DNA of 58,851 bases from Actinomycetota bacterium (GTDB lineage: Bacteria; Actinomycetota; Humimicrobiia; Humimicrobiales; Humimicrobiaceae). The translations under genes were made by a program, and so were the position numbers. Positions 17,428 to 27,239 of the stretch are shown here, in pieces (positions within the stretch are counted from its first letter, which is position 1; every line of letters starts with the position of its first letter). The stretch is taken from positions 1-58,851 of the forward strand of contig JBNJCV010000002.1 of assembly GCA_051744245.1 (NCBI GenBank), written 5' to 3'. Under the pieces are notes generated by a model. The model worked only from the letters and a program-made list of their open reading frames with translations. It was not told where the DNA came from and did not search any database.

Positions 17428-19587
17428 ATGGTTGCAAAAAGTAAAATAAAAGAATTCAGGGATATATCCCTATTTGAAGAGGCAATGCTAAATAATACAA
17501 GTATTTTGGTATACATTGCCGATAATGATTTTAACCTAATATTCTGGAATAAGGCAGCAGAGATTGTTAGTGGATACAAAAGGAAAGAGGTATTAGGAGA
17601 TTGTTTGGTCTGGGAGTGGCTTTACCCCGATAATAATTATAGACAAAAGGTATTTAGGAAAATGGAGGTCTTTAGTGCAAAAAATAAAGATGTAGGGCGG
17701 TTTGATACCAGGATATCTCCAAAAGAAGGAGAGGAGAAATGCATATCCTGGAGCCCAATCGGATTGCATGAAGATGGCAAGAGAGTTGGTTTTCTAACCT
17801 TTGGCATTGATATAACTGAGAGGGGTAAGATCCAGGAAGCCCTAAAAGAGAGTGAGGAAAGGTTTAAGCTTTTTTCCAGGTACTTTCCGGGAGCTGCTTA
17901 TATTAAGGATGAAAGCGGGAAATACATTTTCTATAATGATTTTTTTGTAGAAGAATTCGGCTGGGAGAAGGAAATTTACCTGGGCAATACAGATTATGAT
18001 TTGTGGTCAAAAGAAGTGGCAAAAAAATTCAGGGAAAGTGACAGGAAAGTGCTGGAGATTAAGGCTCCCATAAAAGATGAGGAAAAAGTGGTAATAGATG
18101 GTAAGGATAAGGTTTTCTTTTCCTATAAATTCCCCATATTCAGTAAAGAGCAAATGCTTATAGGAGGGATTTCTGTTGATATAACTGACAGGAAAAGAAT
18201 GGAAAGTAAGCTAAAGGAAAGTGAAAGGCGGTATAGGGGTTTATTTAATAATTCCAGGGATGGAATATATATAAGCACTTTGGATGGATGGTACATAGAT
18301 GCAAATCCTGCCCTGGTTGAGATGCTGGGCTATGACAGCAAAGAGGATCTCCTAAGGATAAATATTGAAAAAGACCTGTATGTAAAAAAAGATTACAGGC
18401 CCCTGCCTCAAGAGAGGGGGGAACCTTTTGAAGCTCAGTTAAGGAAAAAAGATGGGACGGTATTCTGGGCAGAAATAAGTTCAAAAGTGGTATACATTGA
18501 AGGTAAGCCTGCTTATTATGAAGGTATAGTAAGGGATATAACCAAAAGAAAAAGGTATGAGCAGGAGCTACATTACCGGTCCTTCCATGACAGCCTGACC
18601 GGGTTATACAACAGGGCTTATTTTGAAGAAGAGCTGGAAAGGTTAAATAAAAAGAGGCAGCTGCCCTTGAGCATAATAATGTGCGATATAAATAATTTAA
18701 AGCTAGTAAATGATGCCTTTGGCCACTACAAGGGGGATAAGCTTATTAAAAGCGCAGCAAATATTTTAAGAGAAGCATGCAGGACTGAAGATATTATAGC
18801 AAGATGGGGTGGTGATGAATTCGTAATTCTTTTGCCCCAGACAGGAGAAAAGATTTTAATGGATATTGTGGGGAGGATTAACAGCATCACCAAAAAAACC
18901 TATAGCGAAGAGATCCCTGTAAGCATTTCCATTGGGGTGTCTACTAAAAAGGAGCTAGCCCGGGACATAAAAAAAATCTTAAACCAGGCTGAAAACAATA
19001 TGTACAAACAGAAAATGCTAAACAGGAAAAGCATATTGGGTTCAGTTATTTCCTCAATGGAGAAAAATCTGGTTAAAAGAAATATTGAGCCGGAAGGACA
19101 TATAGAAAGGGTAAAACAGCTGGCAGTACAGTTAGGAAAAGAAGCAAAATTGCCCAAAGGTAAATTAGAAAACCTGGAACTGGCTGCTAGATTGCATGAT
19201 ATTGGCAAAATTTCCTTGCCAGATAGGATTTTAAAGAAATCAGATAACTTAACTGATGGAGAATGGGAAAAGGTAAAGCTACATCCCGAGGTCGGCTATA
19301 ATATTACTGAGTCTTCACCTATACTGTCTCATATATCAGAAGCAATACTTTCACACCATGAGTGGTGGGATGGAACTGGATATCCTCAGGGCCTATCGGG
19401 CAATAGCATCCCCATTATTTCAAGGATACTAGCTATTGCTGAGTCTTTTGATGTTATGGTTTATGGTGGCGCTTATAAGAAGCCCATTCCAAAAAAGCAG
19501 GCATTAGATAAAATAAGGGAAAATGCCGGAAGCCAGTTCGATCCTTTTCTGGTGGATAAGTTTATTGAAATTGTAGAAGGAAAATAG
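17428..19587 (+). CDS. PAS-PAS-PAS / GGDEF / HD-GYP c-di-GMP signalling protein
   Basis: 719 aa with three PAS-like modules. GGDEF domain: NDAFGHYKGD, RTED I-site 5 residues before RWGGDEF. HD-GYP domain: ARLHDIGKI, HHEWWDGTGYPQGL. Confidence 0.9.
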   Translation: MVAKSKIKEFRDISLFEEAMLNNTSILVYIADNDFNLIFWNKAAEIVSGYKRKEVLGDCLVWEWLYPDNNYRQKVFRKMEVFSAKNKDVGRFDTRISPKEGEEKCISWSPIGLHEDGKRVGFLTFGIDITERGKIQEALKESEERFKLFSRYFPGAAYIKDESGKYIFYNDFFVEEFGWEKEIYLGNTDYDLWSKEVAKKFRESDRKVLEIKAPIKDEEKVVIDGKDKVFFSYKFPIFSKEQMLIGGISVDITDRKRMESKLKESERRYRGLFNNSRDGIYISTLDGWYIDANPALVEMLGYDSKEDLLRINIEKDLYVKKDYRPLPQERGEPFEAQLRKKDGTVFWAEISSKVVYIEGKPAYYEGIVRDITKRKRYEQELHYRSFHDSLTGLYNRAYFEEELERLNKKRQLPLSIIMCDINNLKLVNDAFGHYKGDKLIKSAANILREACRTEDIIARWGGDEFVILLPQTGEKILMDIVGRINSITKKTYSEEIPVSISIGVSTKKELARDIKKILNQAENNMYKQKMLNRKSILGSVISSMEKNLVKRNIEPEGHIERVKQLAVQLGKEAKLPKGKLENLELAARLHDIGKISLPDRILKKSDNLTDGEWEKVKLHPEVGYNITESSPILSHISEAILSHHEWWDGTGYPQGLSGNSIPIISRILAIAESFDVMVYGGAYKKPIPKKQALDKIRENAGSQFDPFLVDKFIEIVEGK

Positions 19588-19589
19588 AA

Positions 19590-20465
19590 ATGGTTGACAG
19601 CAAAAAAAAGATTGGCATTGCATTAAGCGGAGGTGCTGCCAGGGGATTGTCCCATATCGGTGTCTTAAAGGTGCTAGAAGATTTAGGGCTGGAAATATAT
19701 GCTATTAGCGGTACCAGCATGGGTGCTATTATCGGCTCTTTTTACTGCTCGGGTACCAGCTTACAAACTATAGAAGATTATGTAAATTCCATGGACTGGC
19801 GTAGCTTGCTAATGTTCTCTGATATTACCTTGCCAAGGATGGGAATAATTAATGGTAGGAGAGTAGAAAAGATACTTGATGAGTTTCTTGGGGAAAAGGA
19901 ATTCAGGCAGTGCACAAAAAAGTTCTGTTGTGTGGCCGTGGATGTAATTAGCCAAAAAAAAGTAATACTGTCTTCAGGGAAGTTAAAAAAGGCAGTTAGA
20001 GCCTCTATTTCTATTCCGGGCCTTTTCTCTCCTGTTTTCTATGATGATAAGATTCTTGTAGATGGTGGAGTAATAGAGCCGTTTCCCACGGAAGCCATAA
20101 AGATTTTTGACCTGGATTTTGTAATAGGTATAACTATTTCAGCGGAAAGGAAAAAAGATGTGAGGAATTATTACCAGAACATAACAAAACAGGAAAAAGA
20201 TAATGCAGTAGAAAAGTTTAGGCACTTCTTTATAAGGGATGGGGAAAATAAAATTACCACCTATGAAATACTGAATACCAGCTTTAATATAATACAGAGG
20301 GAAATGACCAAGATGTACTACAAGTATGCTGATATAGTTATAATGCCTGAAGTAGGAGATTACGGTTTTTTTGATTTCCCCAACGGTAAAAAGATAATTG
20401 AAGAAGGTGTCATTGCAGCCAGGAAGAAGTTGCCTGAATTAAAAAAGGCGCTAGGGATAAAGTAA
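19590..20465 (+). CDS. patatin-like phospholipase (RssA/NTE family)
   Basis: 291 aa with oxyanion motif SGGAARG, nucleophile elbow GTSMG and catalytic Asp in VDGGV. The start lies 2 nt after the upstream stop. Confidence 0.85.
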   Translation: MVDSKKKIGIALSGGAARGLSHIGVLKVLEDLGLEIYAISGTSMGAIIGSFYCSGTSLQTIEDYVNSMDWRSLLMFSDITLPRMGIINGRRVEKILDEFLGEKEFRQCTKKFCCVAVDVISQKKVILSSGKLKKAVRASISIPGLFSPVFYDDKILVDGGVIEPFPTEAIKIFDLDFVIGITISAERKKDVRNYYQNITKQEKDNAVEKFRHFFIRDGENKITTYEILNTSFNIIQREMTKMYYKYADIVIMPEVGDYGFFDFPNGKKIIEEGVIAARKKLPELKKALGIK

Positions 20466-21326
20466 TCATTTAAATTCCATTGAAAAGTCAACAGCTTCAG
20501 CTGAATGGGTTATATAGCCGCTGGAAATTAGGTCTACATTTGTAGCACATATTGCTTCCAAATTTTTTAGGGTAACATTACCGGACACTTCTATTATGGT
20601 TCCTTTTCTGGCTTTTTCCCTTACCCTGCTAGTTGCTTCGCTTATTTGATCTTTATCCATGTTATCAAGCATTATTATGTCCGCTTTTGACTCTATTGCT
20701 TCATCCAGCTGCCTGAAATTCTGTACTTCCACTTCTATCTTTAGGGTATGGGGTATTTTCCTCCTTATTTTCTCTACTGCTTTAGCTAGACCCCCAGCTG
20801 CCCGGATGTGGTTATCCTTTAGCATTATCCCGTCAAAAAGCCCAAAACGGTGGTTGTATCCCCCGCCGCATCTTACTGCGTATTTTTCTATTTTCCTTAA
20901 TCCCGGTTTTGTTTTTCTGGTGTCAACTATTTTTATGCCATATTTTGATGCTATACTGGAAAACTTGCTGGTTAAGGTGGCTATCCCAGAGAGGTGCTGG
21001 AGAAAATTTAAGGCTGGCCTTTCTGCTTTAAGCAGTGATGCAGTTGGACCCTTAATAGCTATGACCTTATCGCCGGTATTTATTTTCTCTGCATCATCCT
21101 TTAATTTTTCAACCTTTATTTTGGTGTCAACTTCTGTTAATAAGTATGATGCTATATCAATGCCGCAAAGGACAGCACTGCCTTTTTGCTTGCATATAAT
21201 ATAGGCAGAAGAGGTGTGGCCTTCGGGCAATAGGTATTTTGTAGTTATATCTCCATATCCTGCCAGGTCTTCCCTTAGGGCTAAATTAATTAATTCTATT
21301 ATTTCTTCTTTCTTTATTTCTTCCAA
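20466..21326 (-). CDS. nadC: nicotinate-nucleotide pyrophosphorylase (carboxylating)
   Basis: 286 aa with ERPALNFLQHLSGIAT, TRKT.PGLR and MLDNM motifs. Immediately follows nadB. Confidence 0.9.
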   Translation of the reverse strand: MEEIKKEEIIELINLALREDLAGYGDITTKYLLPEGHTSSAYIICKQKGSAVLCGIDIASYLLTEVDTKIKVEKLKDDAEKINTGDKVIAIKGPTASLLKAERPALNFLQHLSGIATLTSKFSSIASKYGIKIVDTRKTKPGLRKIEKYAVRCGGGYNHRFGLFDGIMLKDNHIRAAGGLAKAVEKIRRKIPHTLKIEVEVQNFRQLDEAIESKADIIMLDNMDKDQISEATSRVREKARKGTIIEVSGNVTLKNLEAICATNVDLISSGYITHSAEAVDFSMEFK

Positions 21327-22973
21327 TTATTCAACCTCTTTGAAAAATATTTTATCTTTTTTCTGTATTATATGCCTTCTCCAGTTTTTGTCATCTTTTT
21401 CCGGGTAGTCATTCCTCTGGTGGGTACCCCGGCTTTCCTTTCTGATGCTGGCTGCATTTACAATGAGCTTGGCCACTGTCAGCATGTTAAGTAGCTCCAG
21501 GGCTTTCTTATCCTGTTTGTTGTACAGTCTTTGGTTTAAAATATAGCTGTCAATGAATTTGCTGGCTTCCTGCAAACCCTGTCCTTCCCGCAATATCCCT
21601 ACTTTTTCACTCATCATTTTCCTGAATTTTGAAATAGTATCATCAATGTTTTCTATTTTATCTCCGTTTAAATTGCTGCTGTAGCTTTTAGCTAAAATTG
21701 TATCTATGTTTTCTTTTATTTGCTGGGAGTTGCCATTACTATCCTTTAATTTTTTATGTATTCCATTATATATTTTCCAGCCATATACCAGGCCTTCTAT
21801 TAGGGAATTGCTGGCAAGGCGGTTGGCTCCATGGGCTCCTGTGGCTGCTACTTCCCCGCAGGAATAAAGCCTCCTTATATCAGTCAGCCCGTTGTAATCT
21901 GTTTTAATCCCGCCATTCATGTAATGGGCTGCTGGGGATACCTTAATTAGGTCTTTATTTAAGTTAAGCCCGTTTTCCTTAAGCTTTGAAATTATATTGG
22001 GAAACCTAACTTTAAGCATGCTTTTGGGCAGATGGGTAGCATCGAGGTATACATAACCACAGTTGCTTTTATTCATGACCCTAACCATTTCCTTTACCAC
22101 TATGTCTCTGGGGGCAAGCTCGGCTTTAGGGTGTTTGTTAAGCATGAATCTTTGCCCTTGGCAATCCCTAAGGTATGCGCCTTCTCCCCTTAAGGCTTCG
22201 CTTATAAGGAAAAGTTTTCCATCTTTGGTTTTAAAAACAGTAGGGTGGAACTGTATGAATTCCAGATCCATAATGCTTGCTCCTGCCCTATATGCCATTG
22301 CTACTCCGTCTCCGGTAGAAATATCCGGGTTAGTGCTAAGCTCATATAACTGGCCGATACCCCCACTAGCAAGAATTATGTAGGAGCAGGGGTGTATCTC
22401 CAGCTGGTTTTTGTCAAGGTCCAGGCCCAGTACACCTATACATTTATGGTTATAGGTTAATATATCGGTTACAAAATACTTGGTGCGAAATTCTATATTG
22501 CTAGACTCTTTTGCGCTCCTTACCAACTTTCTTTCTATTTCTTCTCCGGTTGCATCGCCTCCTGCATGCAGGACCCTGGGGAAACTATGCCCGCCTTCAG
22601 TGGTCAGGCTTATTTCCCCTCCGGAGATATCAAAATTTATTCCTAGCTCTATAAGTTTTTCAATCATTTTGGGGGCGTTTTTTACTAGTATTTTAACTGC
22701 CTTGCTGTCACATAATCCCTGGCCAGCTTCTATGGTGTCCTGGTAATGGTTTTTCCAGAAATCGGGTTTCTTAATAGCAGCAGCAATGCCTCCCTGGGCG
22801 TACCAGGTGGTTGATTCAGGTAAAAGGCTTTTGGTGAGGATCTTAACCTTGTAGTGTCTGGATAGCCTTATCGCAGTGGACAATCCTGCAATTCCGCTGC
22901 CTATTACTATGCAGCTGCAATAGCTAGAGATTTTCTGGTAACCTTTAGGATTTAAAATATATCTGGGCAACAT
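21327..22973 (-). CDS. nadB: L-aspartate oxidase
   Basis: 548 aa with FAD motif VIGSGIAGLS, QGGIAAA, HPT and GANRLASNSL. Confidence 0.9.
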   Translation of the reverse strand: MLPRYILNPKGYQKISSYCSCIVIGSGIAGLSTAIRLSRHYKVKILTKSLLPESTTWYAQGGIAAAIKKPDFWKNHYQDTIEAGQGLCDSKAVKILVKNAPKMIEKLIELGINFDISGGEISLTTEGGHSFPRVLHAGGDATGEEIERKLVRSAKESSNIEFRTKYFVTDILTYNHKCIGVLGLDLDKNQLEIHPCSYIILASGGIGQLYELSTNPDISTGDGVAMAYRAGASIMDLEFIQFHPTVFKTKDGKLFLISEALRGEGAYLRDCQGQRFMLNKHPKAELAPRDIVVKEMVRVMNKSNCGYVYLDATHLPKSMLKVRFPNIISKLKENGLNLNKDLIKVSPAAHYMNGGIKTDYNGLTDIRRLYSCGEVAATGAHGANRLASNSLIEGLVYGWKIYNGIHKKLKDSNGNSQQIKENIDTILAKSYSSNLNGDKIENIDDTISKFRKMMSEKVGILREGQGLQEASKFIDSYILNQRLYNKQDKKALELLNMLTVAKLIVNAASIRKESRGTHQRNDYPEKDDKNWRRHIIQKKDKIFFKEVE

Positions 22974-22975
22974 GT

Positions 22976-23890
22976 CTATTTGCTTAAAGCCATCATTTTA
23001 TCAATGGCTTTTTTGGCTTTATTTATTATTTCCTCTGGCAGGGTAATTTCATATTTTTCTTCTTCTAAGGCCCACAGGATCTTTTCTAAATTTATTAATT
23101 TCATATTGGGGCAAATAGCTTGCTTGCTAGCAGGCATAAAAATTTTATTGGGGTTTTCTTTTTTAAGACGGTGAATCAGTCCAGTTTCTGTACCAATTAT
23201 AAATCTTTTTTCCTTTGATTTGCTTGCGTACTTCAACATTCCTCCGGTGCTGGCAACCACATCTGCAACCTCTATAACATCAGGAGGGGATTCAGGATGA
23301 ACCAGCACTACCGCGTCTAAAAATTCTTTTTTTAATTTAACTATTTGCTTTGCGCTTATTACCACATGGGTGGGGCAGTATCCATTCCAGAGTATCATTT
23401 CCCTTCCTGTCTGGCTTTGAATATAGCTGCCCAGGTATTTGTCTGGTATAAATATTATTTCCTTATCCTTGGGTATTGAATTAACTACGTCTATTGCATT
23501 GGAGGAAGTGCAGCAAATATCGCTAAGGGCTTTGACTTCTGCAGTAGAGTTTACATAACATACTACTACTGCTCCCGGGTACTTGTCTTTGAGCTCTTTT
23601 AATTGCTTTGGGCTGATCATATCTGCCATGGGACAGGTGCTTGAATTGTCTGGCATAAGCACTTTCCGGTCCGGGGAAAGTATTTTTGCGGTTTCTGCCA
23701 TAAAGTTTACACCGCAGAATACAATTATGCTGTTTTTTGCTTTGGAAGCCTGGATGCTTAACTGAAGTGAGTCTCCCACAAAATCTGCAATATCCTGGAC
23801 CTCACCAATTTGGTAATTATGGGCAAGAATTACAGCGTCTTTTTGCTGTTTAAGTTTAGTTATTCTAGATGCTAATTCTATGTTACTCAT
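22976..23890 (-). CDS. nadA: quinolinate synthase
   Basis: 304 aa with ILAHNYQ, GDSL.L, VFCGV.FMAE and CPNM motifs. First gene of the nadA-nadB-nadC operon. Confidence 0.9.
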   Translation of the reverse strand: MSNIELASRITKLKQQKDAVILAHNYQIGEVQDIADFVGDSLQLSIQASKAKNSIIVFCGVNFMAETAKILSPDRKVLMPDNSSTCPMADMISPKQLKELKDKYPGAVVVCYVNSTAEVKALSDICCTSSNAIDVVNSIPKDKEIIFIPDKYLGSYIQSQTGREMILWNGYCPTHVVISAKQIVKLKKEFLDAVVLVHPESPPDVIEVADVVASTGGMLKYASKSKEKRFIIGTETGLIHRLKKENPNKIFMPASKQAICPNMKLINLEKILWALEEEKYEITLPEEIINKAKKAIDKMMALSK

Positions 23891-24367
23891 GTTTAAAGAT
23901 TTTTGTAAACAATACTAGTTATTTTAAAACATCATTAATAAAATTAAAACAAATAATTATATTTTCAGGGCAATAGTTATAATTGCAACAAAAGGCCTTA
24001 AAACGGAAGAATTACTTAATATCACCAAGTATGGCATGTCAGTAGCAATAGTTAATAACTGGCTTTTTTGGAGGGGGAATAAGGCCATGCTGCTACAATA
24101 ACTTTCAGGCAAAGATTTTTATTGCCTTAGGCTAAAGTGGGCATATAAAAGCAAAAGCTAGTCCTAATGGATAGGACTATTTTGGGATAGAGTCAAGAAG
24201 CTGATGCCAGATGGCTGTTTCCCTTAACCTTTATAATGGGCAATATAATAATGGGCTAGAGCTTAATTTTTAAATAAAAATCCATAAATTTAGGAATATG
24301 GGTTTTGATTTTTTCTTTTTTAATGATATTATTTCAAATTCAAGAGATTATTTTATGGAGTGGTAAA

Positions 24368-26440
24368 TTGAAATTAATTATAAGTGAAAAAGAAATAGCA
24401 GCTAAAAGAATAGCCAAGATACTCTCAGGCAATGGCCTAAAGGAGAAAAAAGTATATGGGGTGCCCACCTATACCTTCAACCATGAAGGCACTGATTACC
24501 AGGTTATAGGGCTAAAGGGCCATATCCTAAAAGTTGATTATCCTAAAAAATATGCCAACTGGTTCAAAATTGACCCTGTTGATTTGATAGATGCAGAAAT
24601 TGAAAAATTTCCTATCCAGAAGAAAATAATAAGGGCATTAAAGAAGATTTCCGAGGAAGCAGATGAAATAATAATTGCTACCGACTATGACCGGGAAGGC
24701 GAGCTTATAGGCTATGATGCCTTGAATGTAGTAAAGGAAGTAAATAAAATAGTTTCTTCCAGGAGGGCAAAATTTTCCTCTATTACTGCCAGGGATTTAA
24801 ATAAGTCTTTTTCCAAGCTGGAAAAGCTTGACACTAACCTTGCTTTTGCTGGGAGGGCAAGACAGGACATAGACTTGGTGTGGGGGGCTACCCTTACCCG
24901 GTTTATTTCTCTTGCGGCATTCCAAATTAAAGATAAATACCTGTCAGTGGGGAGGGTGCAAACTCCTACCCTGGCCCTGATTGTAGAAAGGGAGGAAGAG
25001 ATAAAGAATTTTGTTCCCATCCCTTACTGGGTCATAAAGGTTATGCTGAAAACCGGCAAGGGTGAAGAATTTGAGGCCAGGCATAAAAGGAAAAAGTTTA
25101 CTAAAAGGGAGCAGGCTGAAAAAGTCTATAATGATATAGGAAAAAATGGCAAAGTAATTGAGGTAAAGGAAAGAAACCGGAAAGTAAAGCCTCCTCCTCC
25201 TTTTAACACTACCGGGCTGATAGTTGCAGCAAACGCGTTTGGGTTTACTGCCAGCAGGACTATAAACATTGCAGAAAGTCTTTACATGAACGGCTATATA
25301 AGCTATCCGAGGACAGACAATACAGTCTATCCTTCTTCGCTGGATATTCCCAATGTTTTAAAAGAGTTGGGCAAGTCGCAATACTTTAAGAATATGTGCA
25401 GTCACGTGCTTTCCCAAAAAAAGATAAAAGCCTCAAGGGGTAAAAAAAGATCAACCGACCATCCCCCAATTTATCCTACCTCGCCGGCGGGGGAAAGCGA
25501 GCTATCTAAAGATGAATGGAAGATTTATGAATTGGTGGTAAGGAGGTTTATTGCCACTCTGCTTCCTGCAGCAATCCTTAAAAGTATTTCTACTAAAATA
25601 GATATAGGGGGGCATACTTTTGTGGCTACCGGATCCCATATGGTTGAAAAAAACTGGACCCAGTTTTATCCGTATTATAAGCATAAAGACTTGTATATAC
25701 CTCACCTGCAAGAGCAGGATATCCTTGATGTTATTGGCAAAAAAATTCTGGATAAGGAAACCAAGCCCCCGCCCAGATACACCCAGGGCAAGCTGGTTGA
25801 AAAAATGGAGGAGCTGGGATTGGGTACTAAGGCAACCCGGCACTCTATAATACAGAATTTAATAAGCAGGGGGTATTTGAAAGGCAATCCCATTGAACCT
25901 TACCAGAAGGCAATTTCTGTAATTAAGATGCTAAAGAAGCATGCCCAGAAAATATCTTCCCCGGATATGACCTCGGAACTGGAGATGGATATGGACGGAA
26001 TTGCAGCCGGGGATGAGACCAGGGAAGAAGTAGTAGAAAAATCCAGGGAGATGCTAAAGGATGTAATGATTAACCTGAAGAAGGAAAAAGATGAAATTGC
26101 CAGGGAAATAAAAAATGGCATAAAAGAGGATTTAAAAGTTGGAAAGTGTACTGCGGAAGGTTGTGATGGGGAATTGGTAATCAGGAAATCCAGGAAGACC
26201 AAGAAAAGGTTTATAGGGTGCAATGCTTATCCCAAATGCAGGAACACTTTTTCCCTTCCTCAGAGGGGGCTTATAATTACTACCGAGGATAAGTGCAAGC
26301 ATTGCGGTTATCCTAAAATTAAAGTAATTAACAAGGGAAGAAGGCCATGGAATCTTTGTATAAATCCTGAATGTCCTGGAAAAGATGAAAAATATAGAAA
26401 TTACAAAAATAAAAGAAAAAATAAAGCAGCTCATAGTTAA
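24368..26440 (+). CDS. topA: type IA DNA topoisomerase with C-terminal zinc ribbons
   Basis: Toprim motifs KLIISEKEIAAKRIA and IIATDYDREGELIG. Active-site motif ISYPRTDN. Two C-terminal Cys4-type ribbons (CTAEGCDG...CNAYPKC; CKHCGY...CINPEC). The TTG at 24368 follows GGAGTGG. The track start at 24305 would add an implausible hydrophobic extension. Confidence 0.85.
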   Translation: MKLIISEKEIAAKRIAKILSGNGLKEKKVYGVPTYTFNHEGTDYQVIGLKGHILKVDYPKKYANWFKIDPVDLIDAEIEKFPIQKKIIRALKKISEEADEIIIATDYDREGELIGYDALNVVKEVNKIVSSRRAKFSSITARDLNKSFSKLEKLDTNLAFAGRARQDIDLVWGATLTRFISLAAFQIKDKYLSVGRVQTPTLALIVEREEEIKNFVPIPYWVIKVMLKTGKGEEFEARHKRKKFTKREQAEKVYNDIGKNGKVIEVKERNRKVKPPPPFNTTGLIVAANAFGFTASRTINIAESLYMNGYISYPRTDNTVYPSSLDIPNVLKELGKSQYFKNMCSHVLSQKKIKASRGKKRSTDHPPIYPTSPAGESELSKDEWKIYELVVRRFIATLLPAAILKSISTKIDIGGHTFVATGSHMVEKNWTQFYPYYKHKDLYIPHLQEQDILDVIGKKILDKETKPPPRYTQGKLVEKMEELGLGTKATRHSIIQNLISRGYLKGNPIEPYQKAISVIKMLKKHAQKISSPDMTSELEMDMDGIAAGDETREEVVEKSREMLKDVMINLKKEKDEIAREIKNGIKEDLKVGKCTAEGCDGELVIRKSRKTKKRFIGCNAYPKCRNTFSLPQRGLIITTEDKCKHCGYPKIKVINKGRRPWNLCINPECPGKDEKYRNYKNKRKNKAAHS

Positions 26441-27239
26441 AGCAAGCTTTAATCTCCCGGAAGACATAAGAGAGGCATTAGAGGAAGCTTATAATACTGA
26501 GCCCAATACCACTGCCAGGAAGATCCTTTATTATATTCTGGAAAATGAAAAAATATCCAGAAAAGAAAGCTTGCCTCTTTGCCAGGATTGCGGCTCTGTA
26601 TATATAAATATATTGGTTGGAAAAAACATCTGCATCCAGGGGGATAATTTAAACCGGATGGCAAATGAAGCAATTGCCGAAGTTTACAGTGAATATTACC
26701 TCAGAAAATCCATAGTAGACGACCCTCTTTATTTGAGGGAAAACACGGGGAATAATAATCCGGCTATACTGGATATAGGCTATTTTGATGGTGATGGCAT
26801 TGATATAGAAGTTTGTCTGAAGGGTGGGGGCAGTGAAAATTGCTCTTATCTTTTTATGCTTAATCCCTCAACTACAGAGGCAGAAATTGTAGAGGTAATT
26901 TGCAGGATGGTTAAAGAAAATGTTAGCAAGTGCTGCCCTCCTGTTATTATGGGAATTGGATTGGGCTCAACTGCTTCAGGGGTTGTAAAACTGGCAAGGA
27001 AAGCTAGTTTTAGGAATGTGAGGGAAAGAAATAAAAACAGGGATTACAAAAAGCTTGAGAAAAAGATTTTAGATAGGGTAAACCAGCTGGACATTGGTCC
27101 TCAGGGATTGGGGGGCAAGACTACTGCCCTGGCCTGCAATATTGAGTATGCACCTTGTCATATGGCTACGCTGCCCATGGCCTTATTTCTGGGTTGTCAT
27201 TCTTTGAGGCGTGCATGTTCAAAGATATCGCCGCCATAA
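26385..27239 (+). CDS. class I (Fe-S) fumarate hydratase / tartrate dehydratase, alpha (N-terminal-domain) subunit
   Basis: 284 aa with PLCQDCG, KGGGSENCS and PPVIMGIGLGST motifs. The only plausible start (ATG 26385) overlaps the topoisomerase 3' end by 56 nt. Confidence 0.8.
   Translation: MKNIEITKIKEKIKQLIVKASFNLPEDIREALEEAYNTEPNTTARKILYYILENEKISRKESLPLCQDCGSVYINILVGKNICIQGDNLNRMANEAIAEVYSEYYLRKSIVDDPLYLRENTGNNNPAILDIGYFDGDGIDIEVCLKGGGSENCSYLFMLNPSTTEAEIVEVICRMVKENVSKCCPPVIMGIGLGSTASGVVKLARKASFRNVRERNKNRDYKKLEKKILDRVNQLDIGPQGLGGKTTALACNIEYAPCHMATLPMALFLGCHSLRRACSKISPP

Noticed and set aside
17428-19587. The idea that the GGDEF domain is a 'Hypr' cGAMP synthase feeding a CapV-like patatin.
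   Set aside because: The specificity position reads GHYKGD, with the canonical Asp. This predicts c-di-GMP synthesis rather than cGAMP synthesis.
23891-24367. The 477-nt divergent nadA/topA intergenic region, which I checked for an NAD+ (nadA-motif) riboswitch, a NiaR/NadR-type operator or a small RNA. It contains a short hairpin, AGTCCT-N7-AGGACT, at about 24161-24179.
   Set aside because: The nadA-proximal part is almost pure AT with no conserved-looking helices. The hairpins have only 4-6 bp. I found no palindromic operator that I could match to a known regulator.
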